Shown: piece by piece, positions 18,866 to 29,085 of the stretch
How the letters are laid out: the number at the start of each line of letters is the position of its first letter
Numbering within the stretch: position 1 is the stretch's first letter
Assembly: GCA_965249055.1 (NCBI GenBank)
Contig: CBDFKX010000002.1
Location: 1,481,835-1,545,834 of the forward strand
DNA from: Candidatus Aldehydirespiratoraceae bacterium
GTDB taxonomy: Bacteria; Actinomycetota; Acidimicrobiia; Acidimicrobiales; Aldehydirespiratoraceae
Direction of reading: 5' to 3'
DNA length: 64,000 bases
Made by a program: the position numbers and the translations under genes
The notes under the pieces: generated by a model
The model's input: the letters and a program-made list of their open reading frames with translations, nothing else
Databases searched by the model: none
What the model was told of the DNA's origin: nothing

Positions 18866-19830
18866 AGGCGATCGAGATCCAAGGTGACCGACTGGTGTGG
18901 AGCGACACACTGAGTCCGTCGTTGGGGGATGGGGAGGTCCGCATTGAGGTCAAAGCCAGCGCCGTGAATCGGGCTGATCTGGCGCAACGAGCGGGCGTCT
19001 ATCCAGCGCCGCCGGGTGCCAGTCCGATTCTCGGACTGGAGTGTTCGGGCGTGGTGTCCGATATCGCCCCAGGTGTGTCCGGCTTTGAGATCGGCGATGA
19101 AGTTTGTGCCCTTCTCGCCGGAGGCGGTTATGCCGAAGAAGTCGTAGTCCCGGCCCCGCAGGTTGTCCCGGTCCCTGCCGGTTTGTCGTTCGTTGAAGCC
19201 GCCGCTCTGCCCGAGGTCTTCGCCACCGCGTATCTGAATCTCTACACCGAAGCTGCCTTGGCTCCCGGCGAACGAGTCCTGTTGCATGCCGGAGCGAGTG
19301 GTGTGGGCACCGCCGCTATTCAATTGTGCAGGGCCTTCGGCAACCCCGTTTTCGTAACGGCTGGTGCCGATGACAAGATCGAGCGCTGCGTAACGCTGGG
19401 GGCGTCCCGAGGCTGCAATCGACATTCAGGGAGATTCGTCGATCACGTCAAGAGCTGGACCGATGGCAACGGCTTCGACGTAATCCTCGATCCGGTGGGT
19501 GCTAGCTATCTCAACGACAACATCAGAAGTCTCGCCATCGACGGTCGGTTGGTGCTGATCGGCTTGATGGGCGGCACCAACGCAGAAATCTCGCTTGGGC
19601 TGTTGATGATGAAACGACTGCGAGTGATCGGTTCAACACTGCGAGCCAGGCCGGTGGCTGCGAAAGCTGTGATCATGTCGGCGCTTCGCGAACGGGTCTG
19701 GCCGCTTATCGAATCGGGTGAGATCGGTCCCATCATCAACGAGGTGATCCCCATTGCCGAGACCGAGCGGGCTCACGAACTGATCGAATCCAACGGAACT
19801 TTCGGCAAAGTCGTCCTCAAAGTTGACTAG
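18862..19830 (+). CDS. NAD(P)H:quinone oxidoreductase (zinc-independent MDR family)
   Basis: MKAIEI...VNRADLAQRAGVYPAPPGASPILGLECSGVV...HAGASGVGTAAIQL. ATG 18862 overlaps the vapC stop (ATGA). Confidence 0.8.
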   Translation: MKAIEIQGDRLVWSDTLSPSLGDGEVRIEVKASAVNRADLAQRAGVYPAPPGASPILGLECSGVVSDIAPGVSGFEIGDEVCALLAGGGYAEEVVVPAPQVVPVPAGLSFVEAAALPEVFATAYLNLYTEAALAPGERVLLHAGASGVGTAAIQLCRAFGNPVFVTAGADDKIERCVTLGASRGCNRHSGRFVDHVKSWTDGNGFDVILDPVGASYLNDNIRSLAIDGRLVLIGLMGGTNAEISLGLLMMKRLRVIGSTLRARPVAAKAVIMSALRERVWPLIESGEIGPIINEVIPIAETERAHELIESNGTFGKVVLKVD

Positions 19831-21046
19831 TTAGGCCAAGCACCGCCCCGGTTAATCGCTGGTTCGGCTTTTCAGGTTGGGAACATGGCTTCGATGAGAT
19901 GGGGGCCGGGTTCGCGGTAGGCGCGGTCAAGTTCGTTGCACAGATCCTCGGCTGTGGTGACCCGCGCGGCGGGGACGCCTTGGCCCTCCGCGAGGCGACA
20001 AAAGTCGAGATCAGGCTGACTCAAATCGAACATGGCGCGAGCCGCCGGGCCGCCAGCATCGGCACCCACACGGTCGAGTTCCATCGCAAGAATTGCGTAG
20101 GCCCGATTGTTGCACAACAGCGTGGTGACGTTGAGTTGCTCATGGGCCTGTGTCCACAACGACTGAATCGTGTACATGGCGCTGCCGTCGGCTTGGAGGT
20201 TCAGCACCGGACGGTCTTTGCACGCAACCGCGGCAGCCGTTGCGACCGGCATGCCCTGGCCGATCGCTCCGCCAGTCAGGCTGATCCAGTCGTGCTCGGG
20301 AGCATTGCGGGTGGCACCGAGCATGAACATCCCGCAGGTAGCGGCCTCGTCAGACACAATCGCCTGCTCAGGCAGGGTGGCGGCCACGGCTTGTGCGGCT
20401 GTCACCACATCAATCGATCCTGTCGGTCGCTCCAATTCGCCAGCTTGCGGAACCTTGGTCAGGTCCGCGTCGGCGGCGATCAAATCGCTGAGCGTTTCGA
20501 GCGCGCAAAGTGCTTCAGTGCCCGGCTCAGCCAGAGTGTGCAGAGTGCAGCCGCTCGGAACCAACCGGCTGGGTTTGTCCGGATAGGCGAAGAAGGCGAC
20601 GGGTTCACGTGCCCCCACCAAGATGAGATGTTCGACATCGTTGAGCTGGGCCATGGCCATCTCGCCGAGATATGGGAGCCTGCCCGGCTCGAACCTGCCG
20701 GCACCTCGTGTCATTCGGGTGGGAAAGGTCTCGTGCAGCGCCTTGGCCCCTGTGACATCACAGATTCGTTCCAGTGCTCCTACACCGCGACGATTCAACA
20801 CTGCGGCTCCGACCAGCAGTGCGCTCCTAGACCCGACTGTGCTCAGGGTGCGTGCGGCGTCTTCGATAGCAGCATCGCTAACCGCAGGCACCGAGGTTGG
20901 CTTGATCCGAGGCGCCCCGACGGCACCGGAGGACCAAGAAACATCTGCGGGAAGAATCAAAGTGGCGATGCCGGCACCCGAACGCGCCGCGGCAACGGCT
21001 TGTGCCGCGTCGGCTGCTACCGCTGCGACACTTTCGCTACGTCGTA

Positions 21047-22540
21047 CCCCCCTTTACCTTGTTGGTGGCCCTGGTGTGGCAATGTCGGGGTTGGTTGCTC
21101 GCCGCGGTGGGTAGGGCTGTTTCCCCCTGTCACTTTTGATGGCTTGGGGGGTGTTGCCGCCCGCTGTGGTCGGGTGTCTGGGACCTCTTACAGGGACATG
21201 CTTTAGGGCTGAATGTAAAGTGGTTGAGGCGCAGGCTCCGGGAGCATCCGAGTTCAGATCAATCCCAGAGCAAAGGAGCTTCTGTAATGTCAGATTCGGT
21301 TCATGTCGGTGTTGAGGTGTTCGTCGGTGTCGACATCGCCAAAGGCGATCATTACGCCTGCGCGGTGACCTCGACCGGTGAGGAGGTGTTGGCTCGGTCG
21401 GTGCGAAACGACGAGACAACGATCCGCTGCCTGATCGACGATGCAAAGGTGCACGGCGCTGTGGCGTTGGTGATCGACACGACCAGCTCGGCGGCGTCGC
21501 TGCTGATGGAGACCGCAGCATCCACCCAGGTGCCGGTGGCTTATGTCACCGGCCTAGCGATGCGCCGCGCCGCGGATCTTTATGCCGGAGCGGCAAAGAC
21601 CGACCCTAAAGACGCTTTGGTCCTCGCCGACTATGCCCGCCGTAACGCCGACCGCCTGAGTTGGACACGAATCAACGACGAGCTGCTGGTGAAGCTACGC
21701 ATCTTGAACGGACGAGACGTCGATCTAGCCGCGGACGCCACCCGGACCGTCAACAGGCTCAGAGACGCCTTATTGGCTATATCACCAGCACTGGAACGAG
21801 CCATAGGCGACAAACTGGTAACCAACCAAGGGCTGCGCGACGTGTTGGTGTCGTGGCCCACGCCCACAGCGCTCAAAGCAGCCGGCCGCTCCCGCATAGC
21901 CAACCGCATCGCCAAAAACTCACCACGCACAACTCAACGACTGACCGAGGCGATCACCGCAGCGCTCGACGCGCAGAGTCTCACAGTCACAGCCGAGACC
22001 GCCTGGGGCGACACCATCTGTGACCTCGCCGCGGACCTCAACCGAATCTGTCAACACCGAAACCAACTCGGCATCGACATCAACAACGCGTTCATGGAGC
22101 ACCCCCTGGGAAAAGTCCTCGCTAGTCTGTGCGGGTTCGGCCCGCGGACCGGAGCTAGAACCCTCGCTGAGATCGGCGATCCCCACCGCTTCGCCAACCC
22201 TGGCAGACTCGCCTCCTACGCCGGACTCGCACCCATCAACTGGCAATCAGGCACCCACAACACCACCCGAAAATCCCGAGGCGGCAACCACCGACTCAAA
22301 AACGCCATGTTCCAAGCAGCCTTCGTCGCCACCCAACACGACCCCACCGCCCGCGCCTACTACCAACAAAAACGAGCCCAAGGCAAACGCCACAACGCCG
22401 CCGTCATCTGCGTCGCCCGCCGCCGCTGCGACATCATCTTAGCCATGCTCAAAACCCAAACCCCCTACCAACCCACACAACACCAACCCCTACCCCAAGC
22501 CGCCTAAAAAGACTTGACAACAAGACAGGGACACCCCCCC
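21047..22540 (+). mobile_element. IS110-family insertion sequence, copy A (1494 bp)
   Basis: The shared sequence with copy B starts at a C6 run and ends at a C7 run. It has a 240-nt non-coding left end and a 33-nt right end, and no terminal inverted repeats. Confidence 0.9.
21287..22507 (+). CDS. IS110-family (DEDD) transposase/recombinase
   Basis: [14 protein letters not shown]... (DEDD_Tnp_IS110 N-terminus) and [22 protein letters not shown]...[13 protein letters not shown] (Transposase_20). AAGGAG lies 9 nt upstream of the ATG. Confidence 0.9.
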   Translation: MSDSVHVGVEVFVGVDIAKGDHYACAVTSTGEEVLARSVRNDETTIRCLIDDAKVHGAVALVIDTTSSAASLLMETAASTQVPVAYVTGLAMRRAADLYAGAAKTDPKDALVLADYARRNADRLSWTRINDELLVKLRILNGRDVDLAADATRTVNRLRDALLAISPALERAIGDKLVTNQGLRDVLVSWPTPTALKAAGRSRIANRIAKNSPRTTQRLTEAITAALDAQSLTVTAETAWGDTICDLAADLNRICQHRNQLGIDINNAFMEHPLGKVLASLCGFGPRTGARTLAEIGDPHRFANPGRLASYAGLAPINWQSGTHNTTRKSRGGNHRLKNAMFQAAFVATQHDPTARAYYQQKRAQGKRHNAAVICVARRRCDIILAMLKTQTPYQPTQHQPLPQAA

Positions 22541-22918
22541 GAAACGGACGCCGCAACGGAATCGATGTCGGATTCGAGCGGTGCATCAAGCGCCTTGTGG
22601 TGCAGGGCATGGTCGCCAACCACGTTGATCATCGGTGTGCCGGCCCGGCGGGCGTTGTGCAGGTTCGCCAGCCCATTCCCTAGCCCAGGGCCGAGATGCA
22701 GCAACGTTGCAGCCGGAATGCCTGTCATCCGGGCGTAGCCGTCGGCTGCCCCGGTGACCACGCCTTCGAACAGTCCGAGCACGGCCCGCATTTCTGGCAC
22801 ATCGTCGAGCGCGGCGACGAAATGCATCTCGGAGGTACCGGGGTTGGCGAAGCAGACGTCAACGCCGGAGTCAACGAGTGTTCGCAATAGGGCTTGGGCG
22901 CCGTTCATCTCGGCCATG

Positions 22919-23974
22919 TCAGTTATGGATCAGGCCGTCGTCGAACACATCGGCAGTGGTCACCAGTCCGGCCCGGTTGTCGAAGTCGGGCGCCAGTTCC
23001 CGTCCGTCATAGAGGACCAGCCAGAGGCGCAGGAGGTGGCGTTTGCGGTCTGGTTCGTCATAGTCCTCGAAGGCTGAGCGTGAATGGGCGACGGCGTAGT
23101 TGTTGACTAGGGCGATATCGCCTTGTTTGAGCCGGAACCGGACGTGGATGCCGGGGTCAGCGGCAAGCTGGTCGACGAGGCTCAGCAGCTGGTCCTGTGC
23201 CTCGGTCAGTGGGGGGCACTCGTCGAAGCGCCGGGCCGCGGTTCGGGCGTAACCCGAGTTGTGGCGCAGCGAGAGTTGACCGTTGGTCATCGAAGCCAAG
23301 ACTCGGGTGTAGAAGGGCCCGCCGTCGGGGTGCTCCTCATAGCGACAGTCGAAGTTGAACGGCTGGTAGTAGGTGTCGATCAAGTCTGGTCGGCGGGAGA
23401 GTACTTCGTTGTAGATGGCCTGGAGCGGTGCCAGAGCGCTGTCGCCGCCTTCCCTGGAGGTTCGCAGGCACATAAGAGCAAGCAGATCGGTTGACGTATC
23501 GGTGTGGAACGGTAGGGCGATCCGAACCTGGTAGCCGCGGGCGTTGGTGTCGGTGAAAATGTCCTTGCCGGTGTCTCGGACGTGTCCAAGCAGATGACCC
23601 TGGGCGTTCTGCTTGACCGGGACACCCATCTGGCGGCCGAGGGCGTAGTAGACGAGTCCAGCTTCACGTTCACTCCAACCCTCGATGTCGAGGCCGCGGA
23701 TCACCACGAAGCCGATGCCGTTCTCCAGTTGCTCGGACCATTGAGCGATCGTGTCAGCCAACCCAGGCAGCGGGACCGAGGTGGGGTCGATGGCGCCGAG
23801 GCCGGTCTCGCGAGCCACCAGGTCGACGCGAAGGCGCTCAAGTTCGGCGAGTTCGATGTCGTTGAGTTGGTAGATGTAGTCGCTGGGCCTTAGGTCTACG
23901 CCACGCCAGGTGGCAGCGCCGGTTAGCGGTTCACGCACTATGACTCGGCTATCAGGTACTCGGTTGTCAGGCAT
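22919..23974 (-). CDS. TauD/TfdA-family Fe(II)/2-oxoglutarate dioxygenase
   Basis: [11 protein letters not shown] (HxD), ...[12 protein letters not shown] (distal His/Arg). Overlaps the upstream GrdB-like gene by 8 nt. Its stop is 1 nt from the ThDP enzyme start. Confidence 0.75.
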   Translation of the reverse strand: MPDNRVPDSRVIVREPLTGAATWRGVDLRPSDYIYQLNDIELAELERLRVDLVARETGLGAIDPTSVPLPGLADTIAQWSEQLENGIGFVVIRGLDIEGWSEREAGLVYYALGRQMGVPVKQNAQGHLLGHVRDTGKDIFTDTNARGYQVRIALPFHTDTSTDLLALMCLRTSREGGDSALAPLQAIYNEVLSRRPDLIDTYYQPFNFDCRYEEHPDGGPFYTRVLASMTNGQLSLRHNSGYARTAARRFDECPPLTEAQDQLLSLVDQLAADPGIHVRFRLKQGDIALVNNYAVAHSRSAFEDYDEPDRKRHLLRLWLVLYDGRELAPDFDNRAGLVTTADVFDDGLIHN

Positions 23975-25199
23975 TGGTCTCTCCAGTCGTTGGCAGTGGG
24001 TCGGGAATCAGCGCTGCCATGTGGTCTCGGGGGACCACCGCTCGTTCACCAAAGTTCCGCAAGACAGGGTCGGGGTCTTGCAGTAAGCGACCAGCCAGCG
24101 CGCCGAGTAATCGACCGAGCGCCGTCTGGCGCCAGAACCAGGTCGTACGTTCGGCGGTTGTTGCGGCGCCAGGCTGTTGGGAGACGGCATGCAGGTACCA
24201 GGTCCGTAAATCATCGGCGGCTAGGCGAGCGGCGTTGACCAGTGAGTGGTCGCCCAGAAGATCCGAAACGTCTGTGCCCGCAGCGACCTGTCCGATGAAG
24301 GAGACCGCCTCATCGAGTCCCATGTTGCTGTTCGGGGCCGGAGCAGGCGCAAGCTCAGCCCACGGGGCGAGTTTGCGGATCTCCACAAGAGCAGCATCGA
24401 CAAGTTCTGGTTCATCGGTGGTTTCGGGAGCGAAGGAGATCGGACAGGCCCAGACCATCTCGTCGTCCGTCACCGGAGCGTCGTCTGCGAAGTCAGCCAA
24501 CACAACCGGCCCGTCGGAGCGTTCAAGCAACTCAAGCGCCTCGCGCAACACTCGACGTTGGAAGTCAGGCTTGTTCGGCGCGCCGAACGGACGGCCGAGT
24601 TCGAACGGCACCCACAAAAACCGGGGTAGTCGCATCGCTTCGGTCTGCTCCCGAATGAGTGAGATACCCGTTGTCGCCACACCAGCTGCTTCCAGGTAGT
24701 GCGATACCGCGCCGACCGCGCGGGTGCAATTCGGTCAAACGGGGACCAAACAAACGGCGTCGACACTGTCAGCTTCAAGGAGCCGGGCAAGCTCTGCTGT
24801 GGTGGGTTCGATCATCACCGGGGGCCAACCCGCGCCCATCAGCGAGTAGTGGTGATCGGCAACCGACCCGATCACGCCCTCGGCGGCCAGTTCACGGAGC
24901 CGATCGAGTGGGAAGACCGTGTTGACGTCTTCACGAAAACCGGTGCGGTCGAAGTGCACCGACGAGTGGGTCATGGTGAGCCTTGTCAGGTCGATATCGC
25001 CCGGAACCACCCGGTAGGACAGATCGACGTAGGAGAAGGCGTCGTCGCCCAGTCGATGAAGTCCGGCCGTGGTCAGCAGAGCGACTCGGCGATCGTGCAG
25101 CGGCGGTCCCTCGACCCAGGGTGAAGCGTCGTAGATAGGCAGTTCTTTGCCCATGATGTGGTCTCGTTCGGCTTTGGTGAGATCGCTGAGTTGGACCAT
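23967..25199 (-). CDS. GrdB/PrdB-family candidate selenoprotein, paralog 2, in-frame TGA at 24735-24737
   Basis: Track ORFs 24735..25199 and 23967..24680 share a frame. Read-through gives ...DAVCLVPV-U-PNCTRAVGAVSHYLEAAG.... Homologous to copy 1 on both sides of the TGA. Confidence 0.65.
24707..24723 (-). promoter_or_regulatory. SECIS-like hairpin downstream of the TGA
   Basis: On the mRNA, CCGCGC-GGUCG-GCGCGG forms a perfect 6-bp stem with a 5-nt loop, starting 12 nt after the UGA. A possible UGC/GCA outer stem is also present. Confidence 0.35.
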
Positions 25200-25238
25200 G
25201 GTTATCGGCGGTGAGTCACAGGGGGTCGGGTGGCGGAC

Positions 25239-26329
25239 TCACACCAACTGGGTCTCGCGCCGCGAATCCGACATCGAGACGATGTACCCGATCGCCGGGT
25301 CGGCCTGGCCCTCTAGGAGGTTCTGATAGACGGCGATGATCTCATTGGGGCCGGTTCGATGAGTGACAGTGAGCCAGCGGTCCGTGGTGTCTAGGAGACT
25401 GTGGAACGAACGGCCGATCCGCGAGGTCAACTCAGCTGCCCCCCACTCTTGGTTCCGCTTCGTTACCTGGCCCGGAGCGAAAAAAACTCGGGCTTCGGCC
25501 CCGCAAGATCTGTAGCCGAGCCGCCCGGATCCTCCCAGTGAGTGGCCCCGACCGTCAGCGAGCAAGCAAGGTTGTCCGCGAAGTGTGTGTGTACTGCCGA
25601 GCGGACCGTGCCGCTGCCAGCGGTGTCGACCAGACACGAGGTGATTAAGGCGTCAAGGTGGCCGATCTCGTCGTAGGTGATCACCTGTCCGTACATGCGG
25701 AGGCTCTCGACGAAACTACGGTTGCGGGACGACGTGAGTCCGACGCAGTCGTGGCCGCGGTGGGCCAGACAGTCAGCGAGGCAGATCGAGGTCTTTGATG
25801 AGGCGCTGGTGACGAGGGTCTGGGAAGCACCGTGGAATTTGTGATCGGCGAGGTAGTCGTCAATGAGGAACGAAGTCATGAACAGACCGCGCAGCAGCAG
25901 ATACTCATCGACTTGGTCGCTCCGAAACGTCGGGTCGCTGTCGACATCGATGAAGTCGGTGTAGGTGCTGGCGTGGTTGGCGCGATGCGCGCCGATATCG
26001 CGGAACCCGCTTCGTCGGGGCTGAGCGTTGATGACAAGCTGGTCAGACATCGGGTAGAAGCCGAAGAAGCGCCCGCCGAGGGGAATTTCAGGGTTGGACG
26101 TTTCGACAACCGAGCCGAGTCCCATGGCCGGGAGCCGTCCCCAAGGGGTTTCGGTGGGGAAGAACTCCCAGTAGTCGAGCATGTCGCCAGCCACTGCGTA
26201 GGTGACGTTGTTGGTGGTGAATGCGAACCGTTCGACGGCGAGACGAATCTGGCCTTCTGCTAGTTCAGCAGCGGGTTTGTCGATGATCCGGGTGTCTCTG
26301 AAATTCTCGCGGTTGACCTCGAAATCCAT
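25239..26329 (-). pseudogene. DUF2855-family protein with a frameshift in a T7 run
   Basis: N-terminus: MDFEVNRENF...LAVERFAFTTNNVTYAVAGDMLDYWEFFP. The ORF ends ...PEFFSLRAR*, while the +1 frame continues ...FFAPGQVTKRNQEWGAAELTSR... to 25239. The frame switch is at the homopolymer 25480-25486. Confidence 0.55.
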
Positions 26330-26430
26330 GGGCGGATCCTAACAACTGAGCACAACTATTGCCAGTCTGAAGCGCAATACAGTAGGTTGAAGCGGTAATT
26401 CAAAGCCGATACAGGATACTCCGGCCGACT

Positions 26431-27396
26431 ATGCACATTCTTCAAACACCCGATGACGCAGCCGACCACCTGGTCGACTATCCGGGAAGCCGCCGCTACG
26501 TGTCAGTCCCGGCCGGCGACGGGCAAGACCTGAGAATCCATATGGTCGATGCCGGTGACCGATCTGCTCCAGCGGTGGTGTTCCTCCATGGCAACCCCTC
26601 GTGGTCGTACCTGTGGCGGCACCAGATCGCGGCAGCGGTTGACGCCGGGTACCGGGCGATCGCTCCAGATCTGGTTGGGATGGGTCTGTCCGACAAACCG
26701 TCTGAGATGTCCGACTACAGCGTCGCACGCCATGTCGGCTGGATGCGCGCGGTGTTGTTCGACCAGCTCGGCCTCACCGATATCTCATTCGTGCTACACG
26801 ACTGGGGTGGGATAATCGGGATGCGCCTCGCCGCTGAGCAGCCCGAACGAGTCGGGCGCATGGTCATCTCCAACACCGGACTGCCGTGGCGTGACGTTAC
26901 TGCACCGTTGCCCGAAGTCATCGAAGCTTCGGGTCCGCTGGCCGACTTCCAGGCATTCGCGGCGGAAGCCCCGAAGTGGGAGCCTTGGACTCTGCTTGGA
27001 ATGGTCATGGCCTCCCAACCTGGGTCCGAACTCGAATCGGCTTACCAAGCGCCATACCCGGAGCAGAATCTGACGGTCGGCAGTCGCGCCTTCACACAGT
27101 TGTTACCGACCCGCGCCGACAATCCGATGTACCCCGACAACTATGAGGCCTGGAAGGTTCTCGACACCTTCACCAAGCCTGTGCTCACTGTCTTCAGCGA
27201 CAAAGATGCGGTGGCCCCCGACGGGTGGAAACCGATTGTTGACCGCATCCCTGGAGCCGGCGGCCAACCCCACACGATCCTTGAGGGAGGTGGCCACTTT
27301 GTCCAAGAAGACCTGCCGGAGCAGTACACAGAGACACTGATGGGTTGGTTGGGAGACGCAGGTGAGCGTCCGCTTGCTACGGTCGTGGCGCGATGA
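26431..27396 (+). CDS. haloalkane dehalogenase (alpha/beta hydrolase)
   Basis: VVFLHGNPSWSYLWRHQI, FVLHDWGGIIG (nucleophile elbow), GGHFVQED. Confidence 0.8.
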   Translation: MHILQTPDDAADHLVDYPGSRRYVSVPAGDGQDLRIHMVDAGDRSAPAVVFLHGNPSWSYLWRHQIAAAVDAGYRAIAPDLVGMGLSDKPSEMSDYSVARHVGWMRAVLFDQLGLTDISFVLHDWGGIIGMRLAAEQPERVGRMVISNTGLPWRDVTAPLPEVIEASGPLADFQAFAAEAPKWEPWTLLGMVMASQPGSELESAYQAPYPEQNLTVGSRAFTQLLPTRADNPMYPDNYEAWKVLDTFTKPVLTVFSDKDAVAPDGWKPIVDRIPGAGGQPHTILEGGGHFVQEDLPEQYTETLMGWLGDAGERPLATVVAR

Positions 27397-27998
27397 CAGA
27401 CAGCGGCGAAATCCAGACCCCGATCGACGGGCGTGCCGCTCGACGGGAACGCAACATAGACATTGTGCTCGACGTGGTGCTTGAGATGTTTGCCGAAGAG
27501 TCGCTGTTCCCCACCATCGAGCAAGCCGCGAAACGGTCCGGGCTGTCGTTGCGCTCGTTGTATCGGTACTTCGCTGACCCAGGAGAGTTGCTTGAAGCAG
27601 TCATTAAACGCAACCGCGAGGTCTCAGCTGATGATGCCCATCTTTCGTCGATCGGCCAGGGACCGCTTCTTACTCGGGTCGATGATTTCATAGCGATGCG
27701 GATGCGCCTCCACGAGAGGATTGGCCCGGTGTATCGAGCGACGGTCGCCAACGCCGCGCTGAATTCACGCATCCGCGACGAACTGGCCGCAACCCGCAAC
27801 GATTTCCGTGTTCAATTCGAGCTTCAGTTCGCCCCCGAATTGAATGAACGCAAGCGGTCTGATCGAGTGGCTGTGCTGTCCGCCGGAGACGTGATCACTC
27901 AACTCGATTCGATCGATTTTCTGCGCCGTCACCGTCAACTGACCGTTGCTGAGACTGAGGACTCGCTGCGCATCGTGCTGTTGGCAATTCTCGTGTAG
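27393..27998 (+). CDS. TetR-family transcriptional regulator
   Basis: N-terminal HTH (...TIEQAAKRSGLSLRSLYRYF). ATGA overlap with the dehalogenase gene. Confidence 0.8.
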   Translation: MTDSGEIQTPIDGRAARRERNIDIVLDVVLEMFAEESLFPTIEQAAKRSGLSLRSLYRYFADPGELLEAVIKRNREVSADDAHLSSIGQGPLLTRVDDFIAMRMRLHERIGPVYRATVANAALNSRIRDELAATRNDFRVQFELQFAPELNERKRSDRVAVLSAGDVITQLDSIDFLRRHRQLTVAETEDSLRIVLLAILV

Positions 27999-28064
27999 TG
28001 CCAGTTAAACTAGCATAATATCGTCCAACTGAGTCACCAGACTCATTCCAGAAGGTCACCACCG

Positions 28065-28589
28065 ATGAACAGTCCGACAAGTCCCACGATTAACTCGATA
28101 CCCGTAGCCAAGACACCCCCCGGTGGCTGGACCGAATGGCCGGCCCCGATCCTCGTTGGTTGCCGGGAACCCCGCCCCGAGGGCGCACCGGACCTTGATG
28201 GTTACTGGCAGACGATTGAGGTGACGGTCAACGATCAGGTCGTACCCGACCACCCGTCGGTAGGAGGTGTCACTCGGATCGAGCAGGCCGGTGATCGACT
28301 GGTTGTGATCGGTGGGGGCGTGGTTCACGACATGCGCTGCGACGGCACGCTCGAAAACGGGGTCCATGATGTGGCCGAGTTCGACAAGAGAACCGAGATC
28401 AATGTCGCGGCGAGCTACGAAGACGGTGTGCATGTGCTGCGCCCCGAGGGGATGAACTTTGAGGTTCGTCGCTGGCGCGAGGGTGAACACCTGGTCTGGG
28501 ACTACGCGCGTTTCGTGGCGCGAATGAGACATCTCGGGTCATCAGATCTCGATCCCAGCGATGTCTTTGCTGCAATCGCCGACGCCTGA
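28065..28589 (+). CDS. hypothetical protein (paralog of 31432..31803)
   Basis: Coding-like. Duplicated at 31328 onward, with the first 82 nt identical. Confidence 0.45.
   Translation: MNSPTSPTINSIPVAKTPPGGWTEWPAPILVGCREPRPEGAPDLDGYWQTIEVTVNDQVVPDHPSVGGVTRIEQAGDRLVVIGGGVVHDMRCDGTLENGVHDVAEFDKRTEINVAASYEDGVHVLRPEGMNFEVRRWREGEHLVWDYARFVARMRHLGSSDLDPSDVFAAIADA
28117..28575 (+). repeat. segmental duplication, copy 1 (matches about 31328..31786)
   Basis: 28117-28198 is identical to 31328-31409. The remainder is roughly 85% identical by eye. Confidence 0.8.
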
Positions 28590-28623
28590 TACGAACCACC
28601 ACTAACCAACGAAGGAGCGACAG

Positions 28624-29085
28624 ATGGAGGTAGTGAACGAAGTAGTGCCGAGCACCGCGGAACGCATTGAGGAAATGATGCAACCCGGTCCCGACGCCCC
28701 GATCTACATGGTCAACCTCTTGAAGTTCAAGGACCGGGCTGAGTATGAAGACGGGCGCGAGACTGATCTCAGCGGCTATGACGCGTATCAGATCTATGGA
28801 CGAGAGGTCTTCAAGTTGTTACCCGAATACGGCGGCAAGTTCGTGTTTGCCGGTGATGTGACCTTTCTGTCACTCGGCCAGGTCGAGGAACTCTGGGACG
28901 AGATCGCCATCGTGATGTACTCGTCGCGGGCAGATCTGGTGGCAATGTCGTCGTCGGAGGCGTGGCAGGAGATCGCGGTGCATCACACCGCGGGACTGGC
29001 CGGCCAACTGAACATCGAAACCGTGGCTCAGCCAGGATTGCCGGTTGCGCCCGGTGGCCGACATCTTGCGGGAGTCCTGGCATGA
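28624..29085 (+). CDS. DUF1330-domain protein with a chimeric C-terminus
   Basis: PIYMVNLLKFKDRAEYEDG...IAIVMYSSRADLVAMSSSEAWQEI. The last 13 or so codons are read out of frame from a copy of the nitronate monooxygenase 3' end. Confidence 0.55.
   Translation: MEVVNEVVPSTAERIEEMMQPGPDAPIYMVNLLKFKDRAEYEDGRETDLSGYDAYQIYGREVFKLLPEYGGKFVFAGDVTFLSLGQVEELWDEIAIVMYSSRADLVAMSSSEAWQEIAVHHTAGLAGQLNIETVAQPGLPVAPGGRHLAGVLA

Larger units (their letters stand above)
19872..22917 (-). pseudogene. thiamine-diphosphate enzyme (acetolactate synthase large-subunit-like) split by an IS110-family insertion
   Basis: N-terminal part (22917 down to 22541): [38 protein letters not shown]... C-terminal part (21046 down to 19872): ...GIATLILPADVSW...GGAIGQGMPVATAAA... 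Removing the IS while leaving 2 (mod 3) C residues restores one ORF. Confidence 0.75.

Noticed and set aside
19899-21206. Long antisense or alternative-frame ORFs in the track, for example 19899..21206(+), 4643..5506(+), 39829..40800(-), 62351..63211(-), 33828..34616(-), 9863..10558(-).
   Set aside because: Each lies opposite or out of frame to a gene with clear family motifs. Their translations are Arg/Pro/Gly-rich, low-complexity sequence typical of shadow ORFs in GC-rich DNA.
22508-22540. TTGACA in the IS110 right end, considered as the -35 half of a circle-junction promoter.
   Set aside because: After joining right and left ends, the spacing to the best -10-like hexamer (TACCTT) would be more than 22 nt because of the C-runs. 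The geometry does not fit.
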